Assembly: GCA_964538855.1 (NCBI GenBank)
Contig: CAZIEY010000001.1
Location: 314,188-378,187 of the forward strand
Reading direction: 5' to 3'
Source of the DNA: an uncultured Candidatus Saccharibacteria bacterium
GTDB taxonomy: Bacteria; Patescibacteriota; Minisyncoccia; Phycocordibacterales; JAACPR01
DNA length: 64,000 bases
Shown: piece by piece, positions 28,332 through 37,973 of the stretch
Layout of the letters: every line of letters starts with the position of its first letter
Numbering within the stretch: position 1 is the stretch's first letter
The notes under the pieces: model-generated
Told to the model about the DNA's origin: nothing
The model's input: the letters and a program-made list of their open reading frames with translations, nothing else
Database searches by the model: none
Made by a program: the position numbers and the translations under genes

Positions 28332-29345
28332 ATGTACTTTTCAAAGAATCAGACATCTTTTTTAAATCGCGCTTTTCCGACACCAAAATATTTGTCGTTT
28401 GATCCTGTTGCACTCGACATTACACCATTTGAAATTCGCGTCATGAAATTAAAGCCGACAAAATTCGGTCTCGTTCCCGAATTTTACAAGACAATTCCAT
28501 TCAAAGGTGTATGCGACTTAACTGACAATGAAATTACCGCCGAAGATACCAATTGTGTCGTCACGGCCCTCCGGAAAATCAAAGACGAACTCAAATTGAA
28601 GTATGTTATCGTTGCTCTTCCTGAACAAAAAAATTATATTTTCAATACGACTTTTCCGCATAGCGCAGTTTTGGATCTCGCTTCTGCAGTTCGATTTTCT
28701 CTCGAGGAAAATGTGCCGATTGATTATTCGGAATTAAATTTCGATTACTATGTTGTGGATTCTATTGAATCACAAAAAGACATCGAAGTGGTGGTTAGTG
28801 TTTTCCCGAAATCAATTATTCAGTCGTATACCAATATTCTAGAGCAAGCAGGTCTCGTTCCGATTTCATTTGTGTCTGAATCAACATCACTTGCCAATGC
28901 CTTGGTACCAAGAGGGGATGACAAGCCGTATCTGATTATTCGCATGCTCGAAGATCGCGTGAATATCGCCATTGTTCAAAAACAAATTGTTCAGTACACC
29001 TCGACATTGACTGTGCGCACCAAAGAAATTTTAGACTCATTTGATGGCCCGGCTGCACGAGAATTGAAAGAATCCTTGAACAAACTTCTTATATTCTGGT
29101 TTACTAGCCGCTCTGTGGCTTCGGAACATAAAAAAATAGAGGATGCGATTATTGTGGGGAAGTGCGCGTACAAAGAGGGTGCAGTTGAATTCTTGGAAAA
29201 AAACCTAAAGATCAGCGTTGAAATTGGAAATGTGTGGGTTAATGCCTTTTCCGCTGATGACTATATTCCATCACTTCATAAAAAAGAATCTCTTGATTAT
29301 GCGGTGTCAGTCGGTTTGGCATTGACCGCATTACATTACAAATAA
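28332..29345 (+). CDS. pilM: PilM-like pilus assembly protein
   Basis: ALDIT, LPEQK.Y, LEENVP....L.FDY and YAVSVGLAL; first gene of a PilMNO-like operon. Confidence 0.75.
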   Translation: MYFSKNQTSFLNRAFPTPKYLSFDPVALDITPFEIRVMKLKPTKFGLVPEFYKTIPFKGVCDLTDNEITAEDTNCVVTALRKIKDELKLKYVIVALPEQKNYIFNTTFPHSAVLDLASAVRFSLEENVPIDYSELNFDYYVVDSIESQKDIEVVVSVFPKSIIQSYTNILEQAGLVPISFVSESTSLANALVPRGDDKPYLIIRMLEDRVNIAIVQKQIVQYTSTLTVRTKEILDSFDGPAARELKESLNKLLIFWFTSRSVASEHKKIEDAIIVGKCAYKEGAVEFLEKNLKISVEIGNVWVNAFSADDYIPSLHKKESLDYAVSVGLALTALHYK

Positions 29346-29346
29346 T

Positions 29347-29907
29347 ATGTTGAAACTTTTAATCGGAACAAAACGGCATGAGTTACGAAGAGAATATCTT
29401 TTGCGATTATGTAATGTATATTTGTTTATTCTGATTATTATATTAGGTGTTATTGCGACGCTTTTATACATACCGTATATTTTTGTGAGGGTCGAGGATG
29501 CTGTGGTGACAGAGCAACTTGCGACAGCAAAAACTTCTGACGGATCAAAACAAAAAGAAGATTTTGAAAAATTAACGAAACATGTTGAGGCGGAACATAA
29601 ACTATTTGCTGCGCCAGTGATGCGCCCGTACAAAATTCTTCAGGAGTTACTCACCATCGAAACACCTGGTGTGGCGATTACCTCGATGAATTTTCTCAAG
29701 GTCCAAGAGGTCGAAGGTGGCGAAATCTCAGTCAAGATAGAAGTTGCTGGTAATGCATCAAGCCGCGATGCGCTTGTTGCGTACTCAAAAAAGGTTCAAA
29801 CCAATCCGATCTTTAAGAGTGTCGACCTTCCATTTTCTAATTTCACTAAAGAGTCAGATATTCCGTTTTCTGCAACAATTCACACGGCTGCCTTAATTCA
29901 GAATTAA
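29347..29907 (+). CDS. PilN-like protein
   Basis: N-terminal TM, G.A.SRDAL...F..VDLP.SNF pattern, synteny. Confidence 0.7.
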   Translation: MLKLLIGTKRHELRREYLLRLCNVYLFILIIILGVIATLLYIPYIFVRVEDAVVTEQLATAKTSDGSKQKEDFEKLTKHVEAEHKLFAAPVMRPYKILQELLTIETPGVAITSMNFLKVQEVEGGEISVKIEVAGNASSRDALVAYSKKVQTNPIFKSVDLPFSNFTKESDIPFSATIHTAALIQN

Positions 29908-29910
29908 CCT

Positions 29911-30462
29911 ATGCAAACATCCCTTACCAAAAAAATCACAACCTTACTCGCTATTGTTTTTATCGTAGCACTCTGCGCGGTGGTGTATTGGAATATGTAT
30001 CTTTGGGAATCTGCGCGTGCAGTACAAAGTAAACGCGAATCTCTTGTGATGGAAAATGCGTCCGTAACATTTTTACGTAATACCGAGAAACAAATTGAAG
30101 ATATTAAACGTGTGGCTACTGCGCTCGACGCGCGTTTAATTGATAAGGAAAAGATCGTTGATTTTATCAAGACATGCGAAATGGTCGCAAAGGTCGCTGG
30201 GGTTCAACTCAAAATCGAGTCTGTTGATCTTAAAGATGGTGGGTTTTCTGAATCAAGCGGGTTAGTTTATAATTCACTCAATATGTCATTGCATGCGAGC
30301 GGTACATGGCAACAAGTAAATTTATTTTTACAAACATTCGAAAAAATCCCACACCATGTCGGTGTGCATTTCATGAGATTGTATCAAGTCGGGTCGAATG
30401 ATGATGAAAACACAGTCGTTTCTTGGGTTGCTGATATGGTGATAACAGGTGTAACAAATTGA
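29911..30462 (+). CDS. PilO-like protein
   Basis: TM plus coiled coil plus G.W..V..FL...E.IP pattern, synteny. Confidence 0.7.
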   Translation: MQTSLTKKITTLLAIVFIVALCAVVYWNMYLWESARAVQSKRESLVMENASVTFLRNTEKQIEDIKRVATALDARLIDKEKIVDFIKTCEMVAKVAGVQLKIESVDLKDGGFSESSGLVYNSLNMSLHASGTWQQVNLFLQTFEKIPHHVGVHFMRLYQVGSNDDENTVVSWVADMVITGVTN

Positions 30463-30767
30463 GTATGATACGTATTAGCACATACAAAGAAAAATTTAAT
30501 TTTTATTGGGGGCAGAGAAAATACAAGCTGTCATTGTGGGGTGTCTCGCCACATTTTGACTGGATAATAGCACTTGTTGTCACGGTCATTCTTTTCGTCG
30601 CGGCTTGTTTTTTTGGATTTGGAACATACAAAATGATTGACGATATGTTGCATACAGAAGTAGCCCCAGAGTCGTATCGAAAATCCCACATCAATCTCGG
30701 TGAGATTCAAAAAATGATTGATTCGTTCGAACGTGACGCCGCGGAAATTAATTCAATGACCAAGTAG
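30459..30767 (+). CDS. Hypothetical single-TM protein in pil operon
   Basis: P..DW followed by a TM helix; overlaps the preceding gene. Confidence 0.6.
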   Translation: MSMIRISTYKEKFNFYWGQRKYKLSLWGVSPHFDWIIALVVTVILFVAACFFGFGTYKMIDDMLHTEVAPESYRKSHINLGEIQKMIDSFERDAAEINSMTK

Positions 30768-30819
30768 TCTTGGTTTGTAACTTGAATTTTTCCAAATTTC
30801 GTATAGTCTAAGGATATAT

Positions 30820-30891
30820 CCTCCCGTAGTTCAATGGATAGAACAGGAGACTTCTAAGCTCTTGATGTAGGTTCGATTCCTGCCGGGAGGA
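30820..30891 (+). tRNA. tRNA-Arg(TCT)
   Basis: CCTCCCG TAGTTCAATGGATAGAAC...CTTCTAA...GGTTCGATTCC..CGGGAGG A. Confidence 0.93.
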
Positions 30892-31087
30892 CAATGAGCG
30901 AAGCGAATTGGCCGACCGGAGAAACGCGTGAGCGTTTCGTCAGGAATCGAAGGCCGGAGTGGGCACCTATTTGAGCGAAGCGAAAATAGGTCGCGAGGCG
31001 GGGTCGCGAACACTTAGATTTTTATGAGTGAGTCCCTCGAGCGAAATAAAAAGCTTAGTGATTCGTGACCGAGACTGCCGGGAGGAC
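30880..31087. mobile_element. Non-coding structured insert bounded by a duplicated tRNA 3' end
   Basis: CTGCCGGGAGGAC at 30880-92 and 31075-87; internal hairpins; GAGCGAAGCGAA twice. Confidence 0.65.
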
Positions 31088-31096
31088 TACAAGCGA

Positions 31097-31375
31097 CTAA
31101 TAAACTTCATCGTGACCCCCGACACTCAAAAGATTCGCTGTTGTTGGCGCAGTTTTTTTATTTTTAGTCATATCAAATTCGAATATGACACGGATTTTAT
31201 AATTTACAGAAAACGAATACGTGTTTTCAATATTTTTTAGTTTGTGAACTCTTAATTGTGTATGATTGTCAGGATTTTTGAATAACCCAATCCTTTCTTT
31301 AACTTCAATTTTTAATAGGGGAGGGAGCTTTTTATACTTTTTTATAAAAGATGGGGCGTATACGATCAATATCAT
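31097..31375 (-). CDS. RelE/YafQ-like type II toxin
   Basis: F.K.YKKLP, LRVHKLK and YSFSVNY.IRVIF motifs. Confidence 0.85.
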   Translation of the reverse strand: MILIVYAPSFIKKYKKLPPLLKIEVKERIGLFKNPDNHTQLRVHKLKNIENTYSFSVNYKIRVIFEFDMTKNKKTAPTTANLLSVGGHDEVY

Positions 31376-31376
31376 A

Positions 31377-31598
31377 TTATTCGAATCCCTCTGCTAATTT
31401 ATCGAGGTCTCCGACCAGACCCTTTCCATTTTTAATCTCTTGTTTTGCGGCAAGAATAGATTTAATAAACTCATCTTCTTTGTATTGTACAATCGCACGC
31501 CGAATAAGCTCGGCCTTGCTTCCTGCCTTGCCAAGAGAGACCTGTTCGTTGATGAAATCATTTAATTCGTTTGTGATTGGGATTGAAATAGTGGTCAT
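31377..31598 (-). CDS. Ribbon-helix-helix antitoxin
   Basis: MTTISIPI...SKAELIRRAI; directly upstream of the toxin. Confidence 0.85.
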   Translation of the reverse strand: MTTISIPITNELNDFINEQVSLGKAGSKAELIRRAIVQYKEDEFIKSILAAKQEIKNGKGLVGDLDKLAEGFE

Positions 31599-31673
31599 GT
31601 TGTTACTATATTTTAGTACTATTATATCATAACAAAGGGCTTGCCATTAGGCAATATATGCTATACTAGCCTC

Positions 31674-31910
31674 ATGTCATTTGAAAAACCAACAAATTCA
31701 ACCGAATCTTCAAAAGAAGCCTTATTCGAGGCTATCAGTATGCTTTCGGCTAATGTAGAAGAGTCCAAAACAGAAATCGCCGAAATCAGATCTGCTATTT
31801 GGTCGCACTTAAATTTAACCCAGAATGAAAAAGTTGAACTCTTATCTTTATTAATCGGTGCAGAACAATTATTATCGCAACAGCAAAATTTTGTCGAACG
31901 AGTCGCTTAA
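31674..31910 (+). CDS. Hypothetical protein
   Basis: ATG 6 nt after TATACT; helical sequence. Confidence 0.6.
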   Translation: MSFEKPTNSTESSKEALFEAISMLSANVEESKTEIAEIRSAIWSHLNLTQNEKVELLSLLIGAEQLLSQQQNFVERVA

Positions 31911-31914
31911 ATTT

Positions 31915-32196
31915 ATGTCTTCTACTACCTTTAATCAATTTCAAGCCAAAATACAAGCCGCCAAGAGACGTATCGAGGAAAATGGTCAGAATTTTATCGA
32001 TGCAGTTTCACCAATCACAACTGTTGATGCAGGAGAATTGGAAAAATTAGTTACAGTTGATACCGAAGAATTAAAAAAACTCGAGACAGAGATGGGAGAG
32101 AAATTGAAGGCGGAATTTACGGAATCGGTCGGGGGCGAAGAAATCGAAGAAGAAACTGAGGGAGGAGACTCGTCGCAAGTTGAAAATACAGATTGA
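31915..32196 (+). CDS. Hypothetical acidic protein
   Basis: Follows the previous ORF by 4 nt. Confidence 0.6.
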   Translation: MSSTTFNQFQAKIQAAKRRIEENGQNFIDAVSPITTVDAGELEKLVTVDTEELKKLETEMGEKLKAEFTESVGGEEIEEETEGGDSSQVENTD

Positions 32197-32246
32197 AAAT
32201 GCTAATCTGTGTGAAGACTTGTACAAATTAAAGACAAGTCACATTT

Positions 32247-32320
32247 GCGCGATTAGCTCAGTTGGTTAGAGCAACCCGTTTACACCGGGTAGGCCGGGGG
32301 TTCGAATCCCTCATCGCGCA
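32247..32320 (+). tRNA. tRNA-Val(TAC)
   Basis: GCGCGAT TAGCTCAGTTGGTTAGAGC A ACCCG TTTACAC CGGGT...TTCGAATC..ATCGCGC A. Confidence 0.95.
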
Positions 32321-32341
32321 CCTCGTTCTCGCATACATTAT

Positions 32342-33064
32342 ATGCAACCTCACATTATTCACGAAGACAAAGATTATATTGTCATTAATAAACCGGCTGG
32401 ACTCATGGTGCATAGTGATGGACGAAGCACAGAGAAAACGCTGTGTGATTTTTTGCTTGAAAAATACCCTGAAATTGCGGGGGTGGGGGAGCCAATTAAA
32501 ATCTCGGAAGAAGTTTCAATCGCGCGTCCCGGAATTGTACATCGCCTCGATCGCGATACATCTGGTGTAATGATTGTTGCACGCACCACGGACGGTTTTG
32601 AATATCTTAAAAAAGAATTTCAAAATCGTACGGTCTATAAAACGTACCATGCGTTTGTCTATGGAAATATTAAATCTGACACTGGTGTTATTGATGCACC
32701 GATTGGTCGAAGCAAGAGCGATTTTCGTCAGTGGTCGGCGAGTAAAACCGCACGTGGGGAGATGCGCGACGCAGTGACCGAATTTCGCGTGCTTGCTCGG
32801 TCTGTGGATAAAAAGGTGACTTTTGTTGAAGCTAAGCCGAAAACTGGCCGCACCCATCAAATCCGTGTTCATTTTAAATCTATTTTTAATCCTGTTGTTG
32901 CTGACACTTTATATGCACCTGGTCGCGAAAAGATGCTTGGATTCGATAGGTTGGCTTTGCATGCTCGTAAAATTGAATTTTCCGACCCTTCTGGCAAAAC
33001 CGTTAATTATGAGGCGGAATATCCGGCGGACTTCGTTCATGCTCTCGAGGTTTTCCCAAAATAG
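32342..33064 (+). CDS. RluA/RluD family pseudouridine synthase
   Basis: INKPAGLMVH, HRLDRDTSG, TGRTHQIRVH and LHA motifs. Confidence 0.95.
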   Translation: MQPHIIHEDKDYIVINKPAGLMVHSDGRSTEKTLCDFLLEKYPEIAGVGEPIKISEEVSIARPGIVHRLDRDTSGVMIVARTTDGFEYLKKEFQNRTVYKTYHAFVYGNIKSDTGVIDAPIGRSKSDFRQWSASKTARGEMRDAVTEFRVLARSVDKKVTFVEAKPKTGRTHQIRVHFKSIFNPVVADTLYAPGREKMLGFDRLALHARKIEFSDPSGKTVNYEAEYPADFVHALEVFPK

Positions 33065-33124
33065 GCTCAAGGGGTAGTCTGTGCCTTGCCAATTTAGGCC
33101 CTTTATGATAGATTTTCATTCACT

Positions 33125-33553
33125 ATGAATATCACACCAATCAATATGGATGCCCGAAAAAAGCTCGATATGCGAGCTGGCGACACTGTTAAAGTGTTTC
33201 AAAAAATCAAAGATGCAGCCGGAAAGGTTCGTACACAGGCTTTTGAAGGTCTCGTTCTTGCGCGAAAGCACGGAACAGAAGCAGGCGCTACATTCACTGT
33301 TCGTCGTGTGACTGGTGGTTTCGGTGTAGAAAAGATTTTCCCACTTTATTCTCCAATGATTGAAAAAATTGATGTATTAAAACGATCAAAAATTCGCCGT
33401 TCAAAACTTTACAATGTTCGTGACAAGGCTATTAAACAGGCTAACAAGCGTATGAAGATGATTTTCCTCGATAATCGAACTGATGCCGAAGAAACTCTAT
33501 CTGACGACGTTGCTCCTGTTGCAGAAGCCCCAAAAGAAGAAGTTAAAGCATAA
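33125..33553 (+). CDS. rplS: 50S ribosomal protein L19
   Basis: GDTVKV, FEGLV, TFTVRR...GVEKIFPLYSP and RRSKLY motifs. Confidence 0.97.
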   Translation: MNITPINMDARKKLDMRAGDTVKVFQKIKDAAGKVRTQAFEGLVLARKHGTEAGATFTVRRVTGGFGVEKIFPLYSPMIEKIDVLKRSKIRRSKLYNVRDKAIKQANKRMKMIFLDNRTDAEETLSDDVAPVAEAPKEEVKA

Positions 33554-33673
33554 AAAAATAAAAGTCCAAATTGTTCGGTCCTCGGGTCGCATCACGCACG
33601 TTCTGTAAAGAACGTGCGTTTTGTGTTGATGCTCGACCAGACACTCACAATTTTGGACTTTTATTTTTTTATG
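33549..33673. repeat. Hairpin element copy 1 (65-nt conserved core at 33578-33642 inside about 26-bp inverted arms)
   Basis: Core is the near reverse complement of 38435-38499. Confidence 0.85.
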
Positions 33674-33724
33674 TAAACTAGATTTTTTGGGATTTCTTTG
33701 CTATAAATAAGCGCGTACCAACAT

Positions 33725-33796
33725 GGCGGTTATGGTGTAATGGTAACACAGCGGATTGTGGATCCGTTAATTTGGGTTCAATTCCCAGTAATCGCC
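33725..33796 (+). tRNA. tRNA-His(GTG)
   Basis: G-1 GCGGTTA...GCGGA TTGTGGA TCCGT...TTCAATTC...TAATCGC C73. Confidence 0.93.
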
Positions 33797-33818
33797 CAAA
33801 ATTTAGTATAATTTTAAT

Positions 33819-34376
33819 ATGGAACATACAAGAGTTATTTTTATATACGGAACTCCTGCTGTGGGTAAGTTTACGACTGCAAAACTGTTGGCTGAAAAGA
33901 CTGGGTATAAACTTTTGCATAATCATTTGACAACTGATTTGGTGAGATCCATTTTTGATCGCGGTAGCTCTGTTGGTGGTATGCTCATTTTAAATTTTCG
34001 ATTGGAAATGTTAGAGGCGGGTGTAAAAGAGAAAGTAAATGGAATTATTATGACTGGAGTGTATGCAAGTGATTATACCTACCCAAACGGAAAGACGGAT
34101 GAATGGTTTGTTAGGGAGCTCGAAAAAATAACCAACGATAATGGTGGAGAATTTTACGCGATACACTTGGTTACAAATAAAGAGACATTAATGAATCGTG
34201 TAAAAGGCGAGGATCGTCTTCTTTGGACAAAGATCCATAAACCAGAGGTGTTGGAAGAGGCTTTGGGTAGGCATAATTTTACTAATGAGGCCCCAGTGAA
34301 AAATAATCTTTTAATAGATAACACCGAATTGCCAGTAGAAGAGGTGGTCGAAAAGATAATAGATTTTGCGAGTTAA
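33819..34376 (+). CDS. P-loop kinase (AAA_33 / shikimate kinase-like)
   Basis: GTPAVGKFT, LLHNHL and IDNT.L motifs. Confidence 0.8.
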   Translation: MEHTRVIFIYGTPAVGKFTTAKLLAEKTGYKLLHNHLTTDLVRSIFDRGSSVGGMLILNFRLEMLEAGVKEKVNGIIMTGVYASDYTYPNGKTDEWFVRELEKITNDNGGEFYAIHLVTNKETLMNRVKGEDRLLWTKIHKPEVLEEALGRHNFTNEAPVKNNLLIDNTELPVEEVVEKIIDFAS

Positions 34377-34394
34377 TTGGTGTATTCTTATTGC

Positions 34395-35126
34395 ATGCCA
34401 GAAAAAAATAACAATCTAGGAATTTCAGTCGCGATTGTCATCGCAGCAATCATTATTGGTGGGGCAGTGGTCTATACAAACAAAAATAATCCAACCCCTA
34501 CAGGTAATCAAGTAGCCCAGGTAGATACTCCAGAGGCGATTGCTAACAAAATTAAAAGATCTCAACCTGTCGATCCAAAAAATATTTCTCCAGTCACCGC
34601 AGCAGATCATATTCGTGGAGACATAAATGCTCCAATAAAAATCGTTGAATATTCGGATATGGAATGTCCATACTGTATTCGATTGCATGCGACACTTCAC
34701 CAATTGGTAAAAGAATACCCACAGCAAGTCGCCTGGGTATATCGACATGCGCCACTTCACAGACAGGCACCTACAGAATCGGTCGCTACTGAATGTGTTG
34801 CCGAACTTGGAGGCGAAGAAAAATTCTGGACATATCTCGACAAGATTTACGACAACTCACCAGGGAATGATGGTTTTGATTTGACACTTCTTCCAAAATA
34901 CGCGGTCGAAGTCGGTGTGGATGAGGTTGCTTTCACAAAATGTCTCACTGAAAAGAGACCTTTGGCTAAAATTAATGCTCAAAAAAACGAGTGGTCTGCG
35001 TCTGGTGCCAAAGGAACTCCTCATTCTATTATGATTACCCCAAAGGGTGAATACCTGCCCGTGACTGGTGCGCAGCAAATAGAAGTGTGGCGAAATGTCG
35101 TTGAATATCTTTTAGCACAAAAATAA
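34395..35126 (+). CDS. DsbA/thioredoxin-fold disulfide oxidoreductase
   Basis: N-terminal TM; DHIRG...EYSDMECPYC; GTP; GAQ. Confidence 0.92.
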   Translation: MPEKNNNLGISVAIVIAAIIIGGAVVYTNKNNPTPTGNQVAQVDTPEAIANKIKRSQPVDPKNISPVTAADHIRGDINAPIKIVEYSDMECPYCIRLHATLHQLVKEYPQQVAWVYRHAPLHRQAPTESVATECVAELGGEEKFWTYLDKIYDNSPGNDGFDLTLLPKYAVEVGVDEVAFTKCLTEKRPLAKINAQKNEWSASGAKGTPHSIMITPKGEYLPVTGAQQIEVWRNVVEYLLAQK

Positions 35127-35136
35127 TTTACTCACC

Positions 35137-35310
35137 ATGGAATCTGAGAAAAAAATTATCAAATTTGATTCACATACAGGCATAGAGGACAATGATGCTT
35201 TGCGCGAAAATTTGTCAAAAGCGATGCTTGAAAACAAGCGTGTGAAGCGCCTCATCGATATCTTTATTCTAATTCTTTTTTTGGTGTTCATCATGTACAC
35301 AAGCATTTAA
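35137..35310 (+). CDS. Small tail-anchored hypothetical protein (57 aa, MESEKKIIKFD...)
   Basis: Not in the track; fills the gap between dsbA and folD; C-terminal TM. Confidence 0.55.
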   Translation: MESEKKIIKFDSHTGIEDNDALRENLSKAMLENKRVKRLIDIFILILFLVFIMYTSI

Positions 35311-35331
35311 ATTTGTTAGATTGGAGGGAAT

Positions 35332-36162
35332 ATGATTCTCGATGGAACCAAATTGAACAAAGAAATCGCGGCCGAGTTGAAGCGCAAAATTGCTTCGATG
35401 AAGAGTGTTCCTACTATGATCGCTATTCAGATAGGGGATAATCCTTCTTCTAATGTGTATCTTGCGCGTAAAGCCAATTTTGCCAAAAAGATTGGTGCGG
35501 TGTTGCATATCACTAAATTTCCAGAGGATGTTGCTGAAATTGACTTAATTAATCAAATTCATTCGATCAATAAAGACGAGCAGGTGCACGGTGTCATTGT
35601 ACAGCTGCCAATCCCTGCGCATATTAATTTTCAAAAAATTGTTAATACAATTAAACCCGACAAAGACGTTGACGGTCTCGGTTCGACAAACATCTATAAA
35701 TTAGTAAATCATGATGAAACAGGTTTGATTCCTGCAACTGCGCGTGCTGTGGTGACTTTGTTACAAAAAAATTCTGTAAATTTAGAAGGCGCGACTGCGG
35801 TTGTTGTTGGTCGGTCACTTCTCGTGGGGAAATCAACCGCGCTTCATTTATTAAATCAAAACGCAACTGTCACTGTGTGTCATAGCAAGACAAAAGATTT
35901 GTCTGAAAAAATCAAATCTGCGGATATTGTAGTGCTTGCGACAGGTCATCCGGGTATTGCAACTGATGCGACTTTTAGAGAAGGGCAGATAGTAGTAGAT
36001 GTTGGTATTACTGTAACTGACGGAAAGATTTGCGGCGACGCAGCTGTAAAACATCCAGAAAAATTAAAGGCGATTTCTCCCGTCCCAGGCGGCGTTGGTC
36101 CGATGACTGTTGCGTCTCTGTTTGAAAACTTGGTCAAAGCGTACGAGGTGCAGAATCTCTAG
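35332..36162 (+). CDS. folD: Methylenetetrahydrofolate dehydrogenase/cyclohydrolase
   Basis: VQLP, KDVDG, GRS.LVGK and PVPGGVGPMTV motifs. Confidence 0.96.
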   Translation: MILDGTKLNKEIAAELKRKIASMKSVPTMIAIQIGDNPSSNVYLARKANFAKKIGAVLHITKFPEDVAEIDLINQIHSINKDEQVHGVIVQLPIPAHINFQKIVNTIKPDKDVDGLGSTNIYKLVNHDETGLIPATARAVVTLLQKNSVNLEGATAVVVGRSLLVGKSTALHLLNQNATVTVCHSKTKDLSEKIKSADIVVLATGHPGIATDATFREGQIVVDVGITVTDGKICGDAAVKHPEKLKAISPVPGGVGPMTVASLFENLVKAYEVQNL

Positions 36163-36204
36163 TTTTCCTATATAATAAGGTTATTAATCAATAATATTTG
36201 TATT

Positions 36205-36990
36205 ATGAACAATGAACAATATAAGGCGTGGGGTATAAAAGGTGCGCTTGTCGTCATGGGTTTCTTGTCTCTCTTTTTATTTTCAAAGACGATTTCTGAA
36301 TTCCATAACGTCTCTATAAATGATAAATATTTGAATTCTATTAACGTGACAGGAGAAGGTAAGGTAATTGCTGTTCCAGATATCGCGACATTCTCATTTA
36401 CTGTTTCAGAAGTTTCAGAAACTGTAGAGTCTGCTCAAGCTCTCGCGACTACAAAGGTCAATAGAATTTTTGAAAGTCTCAAGGCGGGTGGAGTTGAAGA
36501 AAAAGACTTGAAAACTGACGGTTACAATGTGAATCCAGAGTATAAAAATAATTCAATCGCTTGCCTCAGATATCCTTGCCCTGTGTCAGATCCAGTTATT
36601 GTTGGTTATCGCGTGAGCCAAAATGTCACAGTCAAAGTTCGTGATACTGCAAAGGCCGGAGCATTACTTACCGCTGTTGGGAAGGAATCTGTCAGTAATG
36701 TGAGCGGTTTACAATTCGTCATTGACGATCAGAATGCGTTACAAGACGAGGCTCGTAGCAAAGCGATTGCCGAGGCTCGAGTTAAAGCAAAACAGTTAGC
36801 AAAGGAATTGGGGGTTAATTTAGGAGATGTTATTGGTTATAGCGATGGAAGTGAAGGTGGTTATCCGATGTATGACATGGGCATGAGTTCTAGTTACAAG
36901 ATGGAAATGGCAAATGTAGCCCCAGAAATTCCTGTCGGTGAGAATACTGTTGTTTCTAAAGTTACTATTACTTTTGAAATCGAAGATTAA
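36205..36990 (+). CDS. SIMPL domain (DUF541) protein
   Basis: VTGEGKV.AVPDIA and AIAEAR.KA..LA motifs. Confidence 0.9.
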   Translation: MNNEQYKAWGIKGALVVMGFLSLFLFSKTISEFHNVSINDKYLNSINVTGEGKVIAVPDIATFSFTVSEVSETVESAQALATTKVNRIFESLKAGGVEEKDLKTDGYNVNPEYKNNSIACLRYPCPVSDPVIVGYRVSQNVTVKVRDTAKAGALLTAVGKESVSNVSGLQFVIDDQNALQDEARSKAIAEARVKAKQLAKELGVNLGDVIGYSDGSEGGYPMYDMGMSSSYKMEMANVAPEIPVGENTVVSKVTITFEIED

Positions 36991-37030
36991 TTTGATTTGG
37001 ATTCGGTAGAGTGATTCGATTTTGTAGCAA

Positions 37031-37064
37031 CAAACACGCCGTGCCACATTGGACGGCGTGTTTG
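37031..37064. terminator. Hairpin / terminator
   Basis: CAAACACGCCGT...ACGGCGTGTTTG. Confidence 0.65.
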
Positions 37065-37158
37065 ACTATTTCTCCTATTCTGGTATTATATCCAGTAAGG
37101 GGCCCGAAAGGGCTTTTTTAAATAAACCGGCTCGAGCGAGCTTTTAACCAAGAAAAAA

Positions 37159-37344
37159 ATGAGAACTTTAATTAATTATTTTAAGGAGACAAAAGAAGAG
37201 ATGAGTCACGTCAGCTGGCCGACTCGACGTCAGACCGTGAATTACACTGTGCTCGTGGTAGTGATCGCGGTTTTCATCGCAGCATTTTTAGGAGTTTTTG
37301 ACGCACTCTTCACAAAGATTATTGGAATGTTTGTAAGCTTCTAA
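37159..37344 (+). CDS. secE: Preprotein translocase SecE
   Basis: EM..VSWPTR followed by a TM helix; precedes nusG. Confidence 0.93.
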   Translation: MRTLINYFKETKEEMSHVSWPTRRQTVNYTVLVVVIAVFIAAFLGVFDALFTKIIGMFVSF

Positions 37345-37348
37345 ATAT

Positions 37349-37948
37349 ATGGATACTCCTACAAATTCAGGTGAAAACACAGTTCAAAGCGTGAATACAA
37401 ATACAGTAAAACAGCAATCTGCACGTGATCGAAATTGGTATGCGATTCACACATATGCTGGATATGAAAATGCGGTGGCGAAAAACTTGCAACAACGTGT
37501 GGAATCTTTGGCGATGGAAAATTTCATCTTTAATGTGCTCGTGCCGATGGAAAAGAAAATCAAAATCAAAGCCGGCAAACGTGTCGAGGTTTCTGAAAAG
37601 ATTTACCCAGGTTATGTACTCGTGGATATGATTGTGAATGATGATTCTTGGTATGTCGTTCGAAACACACCTCGTGTAACAGGGTTCGTTGGTTCTGGTG
37701 TGCATCCTGTGCCACTTTCTCAGAAAGAAGTCGACGCATTGTTTGCTCGAATGAACACCGATATGGCAAAACACAAGATCGATATCATAGTTGGGGAAGT
37801 AATTGTGATCACTGATGGTCCATTCAAGGAATTAGAAGGTCGAGTTGAAGAAGTCGACGAAGAACGCGGTAAGGTCAAAGTCAACGTTTCAATGTTCGGT
37901 CGAGAAACACCAGTTGAGATTGACTTCTTGCAAGTTAAGAAGATTTAA
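37349..37948 (+). CDS. nusG: Transcription factor NusG
   Basis: WYAIHTYAGYE, YPGYVLV, VRNTPRVTGFVG and MFGRETPVE motifs. Confidence 0.97.
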   Translation: MDTPTNSGENTVQSVNTNTVKQQSARDRNWYAIHTYAGYENAVAKNLQQRVESLAMENFIFNVLVPMEKKIKIKAGKRVEVSEKIYPGYVLVDMIVNDDSWYVVRNTPRVTGFVGSGVHPVPLSQKEVDALFARMNTDMAKHKIDIIVGEVIVITDGPFKELEGRVEEVDEERGKVKVNVSMFGRETPVEIDFLQVKKI

Positions 37949-37973
37949 TATAGTATAAGCGAACCACAAAAAT

